Below, one piece after another: positions 50,840 through 61,131 of a DNA stretch of 64,000 nt. The stretch spans positions 42,542 to 106,541 of the forward strand of contig JBGAQA010000014.1 in NCBI GenBank assembly GCA_044220955.1, in the 5' to 3' direction. The position numbers were made by a program, and so were the translations under genes. Origin of the DNA: Sandaracinaceae bacterium. GTDB lineage: Bacteria > Myxococcota_A > Polyangia > Polyangiales > Sandaracinaceae. Position 1 is the first letter of the stretch. Each line of letters starts with the position of its first letter. The notes under the pieces were generated by a model. It had not been told where the DNA came from. It ran no database searches and saw only the letters and a list, made by a program, of their open reading frames with translations.

Positions 50840-53800
50840 ATGATGAGATTGAATACTCGCGCAGCAGTAGGCTGTCTGAGCGCCGCGATTGCCCTGACTT
50901 TGGCCGGCTGTCCGGGCGGGTCGAACCCCCCCGGCAACGACGCAGGTACGGATGACGCCAACGTGATGCGTCCCGATGCGTTCATGGGCTCGGCGACGTT
51001 CACGATGACGCCCGCGACGCAGAACTTCGGCGACGTCGTCGTCGGGCAGACGAGCACCGCGTCCACGTTCACCGTCACCAACACGGGGACGGCCGCCAGC
51101 AGCGCCGTCACGGTCGCCCTCAGCGGCGGCAACTCGGCGGACTTCTCGATCGGCGCCAGCACGTGCACGGGCACGCTGGCACCGGCCGCGACCTGCACGG
51201 TCTCCGTGACGATGGCTCCGCCGAGCACGGCCAGCCCGCACAGCTCGACCGCCACGCTCACGGCCTCGGCCGGCACGGCGACGGCGAGCTCGGCGCTCAC
51301 GGGTCGCGTGGTCGCCGACGTCGGCTTCACGGTCACGCCGACCCCGTTCAGCTTCGGCACCACCGCCGTGGGCACGCCGACCGCGTCGCACACGTTCACC
51401 GTGACGAACACCGGCGGCGTCGATAGCGGCACGCTCGCGGTCAGCCTGGGTGGCCTCGACGCGACGCAGTTCGCGATCGGCACCGACAGCTGCGACGGCA
51501 TGATCCTCGCGGGAGGCGCGACCTGCACCATCGAGGTGACCTACTCGCCCACGTCCGCCGGCGACCACGCGGGCACGCTCTCCGTCGCGGCAAGCCCGGG
51601 CGGCACCGCGAACGCGTCCCTCACGGGCCGCGCACAGTTTCCGGCGGCGCTCCAGCTCGTGCCGGCCGCGCGTAACTTCGGCTCGGTGGTCGGGGGTTCG
51701 GTCAGCACCGCCGTCGACTTCACCCTCCGCAACACGGGTGGCGTCGCCACGGCGAACGTCGCGGTCGCGTTCGGGGGCGCCGACGCCTCCGAGTTCTCGA
51801 TCGTCTCCGACCTCTGCTCCGGTGCGCCCCTTGCGGGCGGCGCGACGTGCGTCATCACGGTGCAGTACACGGCGGGCAGTCCCGGTGCGAAGGTGGCCAC
51901 CATCACCGCCACCGCCGGCACCCTCACCGCGACCTCGAACCTGACGGCGACCTCGCTTCCCCCTGGCGCGGTCACGATCATGCCGAACTCGCACGACTTC
52001 GGCCGCTCGACGGTCGGCATGGCGACCGGCGGCACGACGTTCACGGTCACCAACACGGGTGGTGCGTCCATCGGCCCCATGATCGTCGGAGTCGCGGGCG
52101 CGAACCCCACGGACTTCCCGATCGGCAGCAACACCTGCTCGGGCGCGATGCTCGCCGCGGGCGGCACGTGCACGGTGGCGGTGTCCTTCAACCCGTCGGC
52201 GATCGGCGCGCGCGATGCGACCCTGACCGCGAACGGTGCGGGCGCGAGCGCGGGCGGCACGGCGGCCCTCACCGGAACTGGTGACACGGCGCCCCTCATC
52301 CAGGTCACCCCGACGGCGGCCAGCTTCGGCTCGGTCGCCACGGGTGTCACCCTCGATCTGCCGTTCACGGTCACGAACGCCGGCACCGCGCCGACGGGCG
52401 CGATCACGGCCGTCGTGACGGGCGTCGCCGCGACGCAGTTCAGCGTCGTGTCGGTCGGCACGTGCTCGGCCCCGCTCGCGGGCGGTGCGTCGTGCACCGT
52501 CACGGTGCGGTTCGCGCCGACGATGCTCGGCTCGTTCACGGCGGTCCTCGACGTCAGCTCGCCGGTCGGCGGGCGCGACACGTCCGACCTCAGCGCCACG
52601 GGCATCTCGCCGGCCGCGCTCATCTTCGATTCGGGCACGCCCGTCACGTTCGGGTCCGTCGCGGAGACGGACACGCCGACGCGCACGGTGGTCCTCCGCA
52701 ACACCGGGGCCGCGATGGTCACGGGGCTGACGGCCACCATCTCGGGCGCGGACGCCGCGGCGTTCACCATCCTGCCCGCGAGCACCTGCGGCGCGACGCT
52801 CGCCGGCGGTTCGACGTGCAACCTCGTGATCCGCATGAACGCCCACGCGCAGCGGGCATACGCGGCGCAGCTCGACGTCACCGGCACGCCCGGCGGCACG
52901 CTCAACGCCCCGATCAGCGCGACCGGCATCGCGGACCTCCTCATCACTTGCATGCCCGACCTCGCGTTCGGCGGCGCGACGATCGGCGGCCTCTCGGTCG
53001 CCCGGCCCTGCACCATCCTCAACCAGACCACGCGCGCGCTCACCCTGTCGGCCCTGCCGACCGTGAGCACGGGCATGGGCTTCTCGGCGTCGTTCGGCGG
53101 CGGAACTGACTGCACCGCGACGAGCATGCTCGCGGCCGGCACCGGCAGCTGCACGATGACGGTCACGTTCGCTCCGGCCGGCACGGCCGGCGCGCGGACC
53201 GGGACGATCTCGGCCAGCGCGACGCCCGGCGCCGCGATGGACAGCGTCAACCTGACCGGCACCGCCCTCGCGCCGCTGCGCTTCATCAGCTGGGACACCG
53301 GCGCGGGCTCGCAGCCGACCTTCCCGGCGGACTTCGGCAACCGCGCGGTGGGCTCGTCGTACGACGTCACCCTCACGGCTCGGAACTTCGCGACCAGCGG
53401 CTCGACGTCCGCCGTGCAGACGTCCTCGATGTTCACGGGCGACCTGAACATCATCTCGGACAGCTGCACCGGCAACGCCATCCCGAACGGCACCACGTGC
53501 GACGTCGTCGTGCGCTTCTACCCGCGCACGGTCGCGGCCGCGACCGGGTCGGTCACCCTGACCACCGCGGGGGCGAACACCTCGACCGTCACGGTCAACG
53601 GCAACGGCGTCACGGGCCCGAGCATCAGCATCACCGGCTCGGGCGCGTTCGGTAACGTGATCGCGACGCGGACCGTGGATCGCACCTACACGATCACGAA
53701 CGCGTCCTCGACGTTCCCGACCGCGACCGTGTTCTACGGGTCCGGCGGCACGGACTACTCGATCGTGACCGGTGCGGGCGGCGGCACGTGCGCCGCGTCC

Positions 53801-56029
53801 GGCACGTTCACGCTCCCGACGTCCGGCAACTGCACGGTCGTGGTGCGCTTCGCGCCGCAGCCGAGCGACACGACCGGGGTCGACATCACCGGTGTGTTCG
53901 CCGCCGCACAGGGCGCACAGCCCGTCCAGGTCGTGAACCTCACTGGACGCGCCACCTCGCAGCTCACGCTGACGCCCGGCACTGCGTCGTTCACGACGGG
54001 CGCCGGCACGACGAGCGCCGCGCAGACCTTCACGGTCACCAACGTGGGCGCGACCCTGATCGGGTCCATCGTTCCGCAGATTGGCGGCGGCCTCGGCGGG
54101 GAGTTCCCCATCGTCAACTCGTGTGGCTCGTCGCTCGCCTCGGGCGCCAGCTGCACGTTCACCGTCGCTTTCGCCGCAGGTGGGAGCAGTCGCACTGGCG
54201 TCGAGGTGCAGGTCGCGAACGGGACGTACTTCGCCAACACCGCGCGCGTCGCGGTGGCCCTGGTCGACGGAATCTCGCGCTCGCAGCCCTCGCTCTCGAT
54301 CCGCGGCGTCACCGCGCCGAACTTCTCGAACCGGCTCTACATGGGCTGGGTCGTCGAGGGGGCGAACAGCGACAACTACACGTTCACGGTGACCAACGAC
54401 GGACAGCTGCCGACGGCGGCGCTCTCGGTGGGCGTCGACGATGCGAACTGCAACAGCGCCGACATCGGCTTCGGCATCACGCCCTCGGTCAGCTGCATGG
54501 CGGCCGCGAGCTTCGACGTGCTGAACAACACCTGCACCGGCACGCTCGCGGGCGGCGCGAGCTGCACGTTCGACGTGCGGTTCAGCCCGATCGTCGGCTC
54601 GGCGACGCCTGGCTCCCCCAACGGAACCGACCAGTTCGGGGCGGTGCTCGTGAGCGCCGGCGCGACCTCGACGCGCGCCTGGATGTACGGCGGATCGCTC
54701 GTCGCGGCGAACAACATCACGATCGCGCCCACTCCGACCGACTTCGGTTCGATCCCTGGCGGCACGACGTCGAGCGCGCGCAACTTCCTCGTGGCGAACA
54801 ACCTCGGGACGCCGGTCACGATCGGCGCGATCACCATCAACTTCTTCAGCACGGCGTACACGTACAGCGTGGGCACGTGCACCAACGGCCTGGTGTTGAT
54901 GCCCGGAAACACCTGCACGTTCACGGTCACGTTTGCGCCCCCGGCCTCCGGCACGGCGGTCACGTACAACGACTACGTCAGGGTCACGGCGGGCGGCACG
55001 GCTCTCGGCCGCGCCTACGCGGGCGTCACGGGCATCGGTCTCGCGCCCGCGGGTCTCACCCTCGCTCCCGGGCCCTCGTACGCGTACGCGACGACGGTCG
55101 CGGGCCGCACCACCACGCGGAACTTCGTCGTGACGAACACCGGTGACGTCGCGACGGCGGCCCCGCTCGCCCTGGCGATCACGGGCGCCGACCCGAGCCA
55201 GTTCGTGCTGGTCCCGGGCTCGTCGACCTGCCCGACGGGCGTCTTCCCGGCGCACGCCACCTGCAACTTCGACCTCAACTTCGCGCCCACCGGCGCGGGC
55301 GCGCGGTCGGCCACGGCGACGATCTCGGCGGGCTCGCTGACGGCGAGCACCGCGCTGTCGGGCTCGGCGGTCGCGGCGCCGCTGCTGGGCATCAGCCCGA
55401 GCGCTCCGCAGACCTGTCCGGCCCACTACGCGGGCACGGGCACGAGCTACTCCTGCGTCACCTACACGATCACGAACGGCGGCGGCGCTCCGGCGCCGGT
55501 CGCGGCGACGGTGACGAACGACTTCGCGATCGATCCGTCCTCGACGTGCATCGGCGCGACCCTCGCCACGAGCGGCCCGAGCAGCACCTGCTCGGTGATC
55601 ATCCAGCACACGCCGACGGACGTCGGAACCGACTCGGGGACGCTGACCGTCAGCTCGCCCGGCATCGCGTCGGTCACCGGGACCATCAGCAGCAGCGGCA
55701 TCTCGGCGCTCACGTGTACCCCCGCGGGGAGCTTCGGCTCCGCCATGGTGGGCAACCTCGCCGGCATGGTGACCTACAACTGCGTCAACCAGACGGCGCC
55801 CAGCACGGGCATCCTCACCTACACGATCGGCACGCCCGGCTCGGCCGGTGCGGACTTCGACGTGATGAGCGACACGTGCACGGGCAACTCGCTCGCCTCG
55901 GGCGGTAGCTGCTCCATGACCGTCCGCTTCATCCCGAGCGCGACCGGCACGCGTACCGCCACGCTCACCGTCGCTGGCGACTCGTCGGCCAAGACGGCGG
56001 TCATCAGCATGAGCGGCACGGGCACCTGA
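50840..56029 (+). CDS. Giant surface lipoprotein with about 15 ASH/choice-of-anchor D Ig-like repeats
   Basis: Lipobox LAGC; repeated FG..FTVTNTG..F....C.GTLA.GA.C...V.F.P units; rich in Thr/Gly/Ala/Ser. Confidence 0.9.
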   Translation: MMRLNTRAAVGCLSAAIALTLAGCPGGSNPPGNDAGTDDANVMRPDAFMGSATFTMTPATQNFGDVVVGQTSTASTFTVTNTGTAASSAVTVALSGGNSADFSIGASTCTGTLAPAATCTVSVTMAPPSTASPHSSTATLTASAGTATASSALTGRVVADVGFTVTPTPFSFGTTAVGTPTASHTFTVTNTGGVDSGTLAVSLGGLDATQFAIGTDSCDGMILAGGATCTIEVTYSPTSAGDHAGTLSVAASPGGTANASLTGRAQFPAALQLVPAARNFGSVVGGSVSTAVDFTLRNTGGVATANVAVAFGGADASEFSIVSDLCSGAPLAGGATCVITVQYTAGSPGAKVATITATAGTLTATSNLTATSLPPGAVTIMPNSHDFGRSTVGMATGGTTFTVTNTGGASIGPMIVGVAGANPTDFPIGSNTCSGAMLAAGGTCTVAVSFNPSAIGARDATLTANGAGASAGGTAALTGTGDTAPLIQVTPTAASFGSVATGVTLDLPFTVTNAGTAPTGAITAVVTGVAATQFSVVSVGTCSAPLAGGASCTVTVRFAPTMLGSFTAVLDVSSPVGGRDTSDLSATGISPAALIFDSGTPVTFGSVAETDTPTRTVVLRNTGAAMVTGLTATISGADAAAFTILPASTCGATLAGGSTCNLVIRMNAHAQRAYAAQLDVTGTPGGTLNAPISATGIADLLITCMPDLAFGGATIGGLSVARPCTILNQTTRALTLSALPTVSTGMGFSASFGGGTDCTATSMLAAGTGSCTMTVTFAPAGTAGARTGTISASATPGAAMDSVNLTGTALAPLRFISWDTGAGSQPTFPADFGNRAVGSSYDVTLTARNFATSGSTSAVQTSSMFTGDLNIISDSCTGNAIPNGTTCDVVVRFYPRTVAAATGSVTLTTAGANTSTVTVNGNGVTGPSISITGSGAFGNVIATRTVDRTYTITNASSTFPTATVFYGSGGTDYSIVTGAGGGTCAASGTFTLPTSGNCTVVVRFAPQPSDTTGVDITGVFAAAQGAQPVQVVNLTGRATSQLTLTPGTASFTTGAGTTSAAQTFTVTNVGATLIGSIVPQIGGGLGGEFPIVNSCGSSLASGASCTFTVAFAAGGSSRTGVEVQVANGTYFANTARVAVALVDGISRSQPSLSIRGVTAPNFSNRLYMGWVVEGANSDNYTFTVTNDGQLPTAALSVGVDDANCNSADIGFGITPSVSCMAAASFDVLNNTCTGTLAGGASCTFDVRFSPIVGSATPGSPNGTDQFGAVLVSAGATSTRAWMYGGSLVAANNITIAPTPTDFGSIPGGTTSSARNFLVANNLGTPVTIGAITINFFSTAYTYSVGTCTNGLVLMPGNTCTFTVTFAPPASGTAVTYNDYVRVTAGGTALGRAYAGVTGIGLAPAGLTLAPGPSYAYATTVAGRTTTRNFVVTNTGDVATAAPLALAITGADPSQFVLVPGSSTCPTGVFPAHATCNFDLNFAPTGAGARSATATISAGSLTASTALSGSAVAAPLLGISPSAPQTCPAHYAGTGTSYSCVTYTITNGGGAPAPVAATVTNDFAIDPSSTCIGATLATSGPSSTCSVIIQHTPTDVGTDSGTLTVSSPGIASVTGTISSSGISALTCTPAGSFGSAMVGNLAGMVTYNCVNQTAPSTGILTYTIGTPGSAGADFDVMSDTCTGNSLASGGSCSMTVRFIPSATGTRTATLTVAGDSSAKTAVISMSGTGT

Positions 56030-56065
56030 TCGGCTAGGGCCGGCACCGCCGGCCCGCACTGGACG

Positions 56066-56102
56066 GCCCCCATCTCCTCGCGGAGGTGGGGGTTTTCCTT
56101 TT
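56066..56102 (+). terminator. Rho-independent terminator
   Basis: GCCCCCATCTCC-TCGC-GGAGGTGGGGGT stem followed by a T-rich tract. Confidence 0.8.
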
Positions 56103-56111
56103 CCGTCGTCG

Positions 56112-57254
56112 TCAGTCGTCAATCGACGGGGGGATGTCCCGGAGCCAGCGAGCGACAGGGCTCTCGCGGCGCCAGAGGACGAAGTCCATGAGGTAGTGGT
56201 GCACGTTGATCACGACGTAGAGCGCCGCGGCGAAGGGGGTGGGGCCGAGGTCGCCCATCGCGACCTCGCCCCCGGACCGCGCGACGTAGAGCGCGTCGAG
56301 CGCCGAGGGACCCCCGCGGAACAGGAGCCAGCCCAGCGCCACGGCGGAGGCGGCGAGGACGGCGACGCGGGTCGCGGGCGAGGGGCCGAACGGCCCCGCG
56401 TCGCGGGCCTGGTTGCGGCGGACGAGCCAGACGAAGAACAGGTATTGGACCGAGTGCAGGGCGGGGATGGCGTAGCGGACGAGCGGGTCGAGGCTCGTCG
56501 CCACGGTCCAGAGCCACACGGTGACGACGAAGCAGGCGAGCTCGGGCCAGGGCAGGGCGCCGCCCCGGCGCGTGCGCCCCCCCAGGACGACGGCGAGCGC
56601 GAGCGCGGTGAGGGCGAAGGCGGTGCCGGTCGCCAGCTCGAGCCACGCGGGCCGGGCGGGCGCCCAGTACACGACGCCCTTCTCCTCGAGCTCGCCGGCG
56701 GGCGCGGCGGGGTTGGCCCAGGCGAACGCCCAGGCCGCGTAGCAGTGCCCGAGGAGCGCGGCTCGCTCGTGTCGGGCGAAGGTGATCCCGCGTCGGGCGC
56801 AGACCACGATGAGCGCGCCGAAGCCCTGCTTGGCGTAGTGCCAGCCGACCAGCAGGTACATCAGCTGCGCCATCCAGCCGATGGCCTGGGCGTCGCGCGC
56901 GGTGAGCGCGTACGCCGCCCACGCCACGAGCGCCACGGGCGCGGCCACGCCGGCCAGGATCCAGCGCGCGTGCTGCGCGGGCCCGAGGCCTGCCCCGCGG
57001 AGCTGCTGCGCCGCGTCCGAGTAGAAGAGGAGGTAGGTGACCGAGAAGTGCGGGTCGTTCAGGAAGTGCGCGGCGTGGAAGAACACGAAGCCGACCGCGA
57101 GCTCCGCCTCGTCCAGCCCGAGCCAGGACCGCAGCGCCCACGAGAGGGGGAAGAGCACGAACGTGACGCCCCCGATCGCCAGCAGCTCCGCTGCGCGCGC
57201 GAATGGCGGAGCGGCGGGCGGAGGCGCCGCTGGGGCCGCTGCCGAGGCGCTCAC
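56112..57254 (-). CDS. Hypothetical polytopic membrane protein with His motifs
   Basis: NDPHFSVTY, GWHYAKQGFG, HSVQY, INVHHYLMD; about 8 TM segments. Confidence 0.75.
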   Translation of the reverse strand: MSASAAAPAAPPPAAPPFARAAELLAIGGVTFVLFPLSWALRSWLGLDEAELAVGFVFFHAAHFLNDPHFSVTYLLFYSDAAQQLRGAGLGPAQHARWILAGVAAPVALVAWAAYALTARDAQAIGWMAQLMYLLVGWHYAKQGFGALIVVCARRGITFARHERAALLGHCYAAWAFAWANPAAPAGELEEKGVVYWAPARPAWLELATGTAFALTALALAVVLGGRTRRGGALPWPELACFVVTVWLWTVATSLDPLVRYAIPALHSVQYLFFVWLVRRNQARDAGPFGPSPATRVAVLAASAVALGWLLFRGGPSALDALYVARSGGEVAMGDLGPTPFAAALYVVINVHHYLMDFVLWRRESPVARWLRDIPPSIDD

Positions 57255-57307
57255 GCCCGCGATGGTATTCGATCGGCCCGCCCCGGTGGCGAGCGCCGCT
57301 CTGGAGG

Positions 57308-60007
57308 CTAGGGCGCGACGCCGGCGTCGTCGGTCGGGCGCGTGAAGCGCGGCGGGCTCGTCGGGAAGTAGCGCACGCGCGCGCCCTGGAGCGCCCGCCA
57401 CCGGCCGTACGGCATCGGCTGCGTGTCCGGGAAGATCACCTCCGCGCTCGGCGCGTCCTCGGCCAGGAACGTCGTCGCGCCGTCGCCGATGGTGCGCGGT
57501 GTCTCCCCGTCCGGCGCGACGCCGACGCCGCCCTCTCCGACGAGGGCCAGGCGCGTCTCGTCGAGCGCGATCGCGTCCTCGACGCCGGCCCGGGCCAGGA
57601 GCGCCACGAGGTCGGTGCCCTCGGCGTAGACGAGGAAGCCGTCGCGGTCGACGCCGAGCGCCGCGCCGCTGCTCGGGAGCTGCGCGAGCGTCCGCCCGCT
57701 GGCGATCACGCGGTCGCCGGCGCGCGGCGCACCGACGACGAAGTCCCAGCCCACCGAGGCGCGCCGCGCCACGACGCTCGAGAGCCCCGCGCGGGGAGCT
57801 GCTACAGCCGTGAGGCCGGCGAGGACCTCGTGGTGCCGGTCGGCTCGCACCGCGTCGGGTATTGCACGGCGCGGGTCGATCCGGACGATCCAGCTGGCGC
57901 CCGCCTGCGCGCGGGCGAACGCGTAGGGCCAGCCGGCGTGCGGCAGGCCCGCGACGGAGAAGCGGCCCTCGGTGTCCGTCGCGCCCTCGAGGGCCGGGCC
58001 GGGCAGGGTGGGGCGCAGCACGAGGTAGAAGAAGTCACGCGGATCGCGCTCGACGTAGCGCGGGAAGCGCATCTGCATCGAGCGGACGGCGCGCCGGGCG
58101 CGCAGGTGGTAGCCCCGCGCGCCGGGGAACGCACCGTCGTACTGGTACTCGGCGTCCACGCTCGCGACCGGCGGGGGCGCCGCGTCGAACGCCGTCGGCG
58201 CGTCGGGCACGGGGCGGTAGAGCTCGAGCCCGGTGTGCGTGTTGTTCATGTCGAGGTGCATGGCTCGCGTGCAGCGCGCGGCGATCATGGCGGCCCCGAG
58301 CGCCTCCGGGCCGAGCGAGCTGCCCCAGAAGAAGGCCATGAAGCCCTCCTCCGTGATGCACACGCCGCTGCGGTACGTGAACGTCTGCTCGCTCGCGTCC
58401 TCGGGCGCCGCGCCCCACCACCAGCGCTCCCACGGGTTGAAGCGGCCGTCCTCGACGACGCTCGTGAGGTTCTGGCGCATCTCGATCATCCCGGCCGGGA
58501 TCTGGGCGATCGCGCGCGTCTCGTCGTACTCGCCGCGCCAGTCGGGCGAGGGCCAGCTGCCCATGCCGACGCGGCCGTCGTCGAACACCGCGACCGTCGC
58601 GGCCCAGGGCTTGGGCGGCAGGTAGACCTGGCCCTCGCTCATCATGCCGAACTCGCCGTGCATCGCCTGGAAGCCGCCGTCGAAGGCGCCCACCACGAGG
58701 CGGCTCGTCGCCGCGTCTCGCGGGATGTAGCCATCGCCGCGCTGCCCGGTCGCGCTCTCGGGCTCGCGCGTCCCCGGCATGATGCGCAGCTGCACCTGGC
58801 GCGGGTCCCAGAGCGTCACGAAGACGCGCGCGTAGGGGCGCTCTTGATCGGGGCGGATGAACGTCTGCGCGAAGGCGGGCGGCGCGCCCGGGTACTGGTT
58901 CACGAAGGGATCGTCGACGATCGCGATCCACTCGCCCTCGCCCTCGGCGTCGGCGACGTCGTGCAGGATCGGCCGCATCGGCGCCGGCGGAAAGCCGATC
59001 TCCGCGGCCGCGGCCGTCAGGAGCGCCCGGCGCTCCTCCTGCGCCTCGGCGCTCACGGGCGTACTGACGACGCCGATGTCGTCGACCGCGCTGGTCTCGT
59101 CCTCGGCCGGGCCGAGGTAGGCGTAGCGCGTGCGGTCCCACCAGTCCTGCACGGCGAACACGCGGCTCTCGAGCCACTCGATCGGCGCCGGGCCGACGAA
59201 GGGGAGGTTTCGGACGGTGTCGACGACCCACGCGACGCCCTGCGGGACGCCCTTCACCGTCGGCTGGGTCTCGACGAGGTCCCCGCCGTCGACGGGCGCT
59301 TCTTGCTCGGGATCGATCGTCACGCTGGCGCCCGCCGGCAGCCCGACGACGAAGCGATCGCCCTCGGCGCGCAGCGTGACGTCGGGCGCCGGCGCTCGGA
59401 GCTGGTAGCGCACGCGCCCGAAGCCCACGCGGCGACCCGTCTCCTCGAGGTTCGTGATCGCGTTCTGCTGGCGCTGCGTCCACGTCCAGCCCTCGGTGTA
59501 CGACGCAGGCTCGCCGCGCAGGTCCAGCACCGTGATGGCCTCGACGTTCGCCCCCGCCCGCGACGCGAACGCGACGAAGTCGCCCGCGCGGACCAGCTGC
59601 TCCTCGGTGGCGCCCGCGCTGCGCGTCACGTCGGTCGTGAACGACACGTAGATGGCCGCTCCGGACAGGCCAGGGCGGACGTCCGAGTAGTAGACGTCGT
59701 CGCCGCCGCCCTCGCCTTCGCCCGCGAGGAAGAGGGCGGGACGCGTCCCGAGCGTGGTCACGTCGTCACGGAGCCACAGGACCGACTCGGGCCGGACACG
59801 GATGTCGTCCCGCGCCAGGACGGCCGCGAGGGAGCGCTCGAGGGTGCCCTCGCTCGCGCCTCCGGTGAGCCCCCGATAGGCCAGGACCAGCGCCAGGCCC
59901 ACGACCAGCGCGCGCAGCCAGGTCTTGCGGCGCCGCGCCCAGCTCGCCGAGAACGCGCGCAGGCGGCCCGTGATGCCGCTCGACGCCGTCTCGGAGGAAG
60001 AGCTCAT
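57308..60007 (-). CDS. Membrane-anchored protein with a NAGPA/phosphodiester-glycosidase-like domain
   Basis: N-terminal TM; VGAFDGGFQ, MRQNL, RSGVCIT, AMHLDMN, RDFFYL. Confidence 0.6.
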   Translation of the reverse strand: MSSSSETASSGITGRLRAFSASWARRRKTWLRALVVGLALVLAYRGLTGGASEGTLERSLAAVLARDDIRVRPESVLWLRDDVTTLGTRPALFLAGEGEGGGDDVYYSDVRPGLSGAAIYVSFTTDVTRSAGATEEQLVRAGDFVAFASRAGANVEAITVLDLRGEPASYTEGWTWTQRQQNAITNLEETGRRVGFGRVRYQLRAPAPDVTLRAEGDRFVVGLPAGASVTIDPEQEAPVDGGDLVETQPTVKGVPQGVAWVVDTVRNLPFVGPAPIEWLESRVFAVQDWWDRTRYAYLGPAEDETSAVDDIGVVSTPVSAEAQEERRALLTAAAAEIGFPPAPMRPILHDVADAEGEGEWIAIVDDPFVNQYPGAPPAFAQTFIRPDQERPYARVFVTLWDPRQVQLRIMPGTREPESATGQRGDGYIPRDAATSRLVVGAFDGGFQAMHGEFGMMSEGQVYLPPKPWAATVAVFDDGRVGMGSWPSPDWRGEYDETRAIAQIPAGMIEMRQNLTSVVEDGRFNPWERWWWGAAPEDASEQTFTYRSGVCITEEGFMAFFWGSSLGPEALGAAMIAARCTRAMHLDMNNTHTGLELYRPVPDAPTAFDAAPPPVASVDAEYQYDGAFPGARGYHLRARRAVRSMQMRFPRYVERDPRDFFYLVLRPTLPGPALEGATDTEGRFSVAGLPHAGWPYAFARAQAGASWIVRIDPRRAIPDAVRADRHHEVLAGLTAVAAPRAGLSSVVARRASVGWDFVVGAPRAGDRVIASGRTLAQLPSSGAALGVDRDGFLVYAEGTDLVALLARAGVEDAIALDETRLALVGEGGVGVAPDGETPRTIGDGATTFLAEDAPSAEVIFPDTQPMPYGRWRALQGARVRYFPTSPPRFTRPTDDAGVAP

Positions 60008-60192
60008 GGTGCCCCGCGGCCCGGAGGTAGCACGGGTCGATCCAGCCGGCGAAGAAGTGGGGAGGCGCCACGAGATGCGCCGGTCCGTGAGCCCGCGCCA
60101 AGCCTGCGCTTGCCCCGTCCGTCCCAGTTGGACAACATGCCGCCGCCACGGAGGCCGGGGGCCCGGGCACGCGCTACCCGCTAGGAGCCAGA

Positions 60193-61131
60193 ATGCGTCT
60201 CACCGTTTTTTCCTGTGTCGTCGCGCTGACCTTGCTGGTCGGCTCCGCTGCATCGGCCCAGCCGCGCACGCCGCGCACCCCGCGCCGTGGGCGGCCGCAG
60301 ACGTCGGAGACCGTCGCGAGCGGCGAGCCCGCAGCGCCGGCCCCGACGCTCGAGGATCTCGCCACGGTCGTCCCACGGCTACAGAGCGCCGACCCGGACG
60401 AGGTCATGGCCGCGATCGACCAGCTCAGCGTCATCGACGACCCGGCGGTCGTCGCGCCGCTGGTCGCGATGCTGCGCGCCGGGCAGCCCGACGCGATCAC
60501 GGAGCGCGGGTTGGTCGCGCTGCGCGGGCTCGCGGAGCCGTCCTCGCTCGACTGTCTCGCGGAGTTCACGCGACATCGCCGCCCGGCCGTGCGGCGGCGC
60601 GCATACGCGGCGGTCGCGGCGATCCAGGATCCGCGCTCGCGAGCGCTGCTCGAGCAGGGGCTGCGCGACAGCGATCGCCAGGTCCGCGGAGAGTGCGCCG
60701 ATCAGCTCGGGCGCACCGGCGCGCACGCGTCGCTCGACCTGCTGTTCCGCGCCTTCGAGCGGGGCGTCATCGAGGCGGCCGCCGCGATCGGGCGGCTCGG
60801 GGACGACCCGAGCGTCGCGCGCTTCGACGAGCACCTCGGCCACGCGCCGCTCTCGGTGATGCTCTCGGGCTACGAGCAGTATCTGCGCCGCTCGGACATC
60901 GACGAGGACACGAAGGTCGACATCGTCGGTCGGCTCGGCGAGGTCTCGGGCCGGACGGTGCGGGAGTTCCTCGGCCAGTACTTGCTGACGTTCAGCGAGC
61001 GAGACCGGAGCCGCCTGCGGACGGTCGTGCGCGACACGCTCGCGCGCATTCCGCTCGATGCCCCGACGGCTCGCCCGACGAGCGCGGCGACCACGGCCAC
61101 GGCGCCGGCGACGACCGGAGGTGCGCAGTGA
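60193..61131 (+). CDS. Exported HEAT-repeat protein
   Basis: AGGAG RBS, signal peptide ASA; HEAT units (VRRRAYAAVAAI, LRDSDRQVRGECADQLG). Confidence 0.85.
   Translation: MRLTVFSCVVALTLLVGSAASAQPRTPRTPRRGRPQTSETVASGEPAAPAPTLEDLATVVPRLQSADPDEVMAAIDQLSVIDDPAVVAPLVAMLRAGQPDAITERGLVALRGLAEPSSLDCLAEFTRHRRPAVRRRAYAAVAAIQDPRSRALLEQGLRDSDRQVRGECADQLGRTGAHASLDLLFRAFERGVIEAAAAIGRLGDDPSVARFDEHLGHAPLSVMLSGYEQYLRRSDIDEDTKVDIVGRLGEVSGRTVREFLGQYLLTFSERDRSRLRTVVRDTLARIPLDAPTARPTSAATTATAPATTGGAQ

Noticed and set aside
50464..56110. Genomic island integrated at tRNA-Lys/Glu
   Set aside because: No integrase and no duplicated tRNA 3' end seen downstream
50792..56122. 1,776-aa Arg/Gly-rich minus-strand ORF
   Set aside because: Shadow of the Ig-repeat lipoprotein
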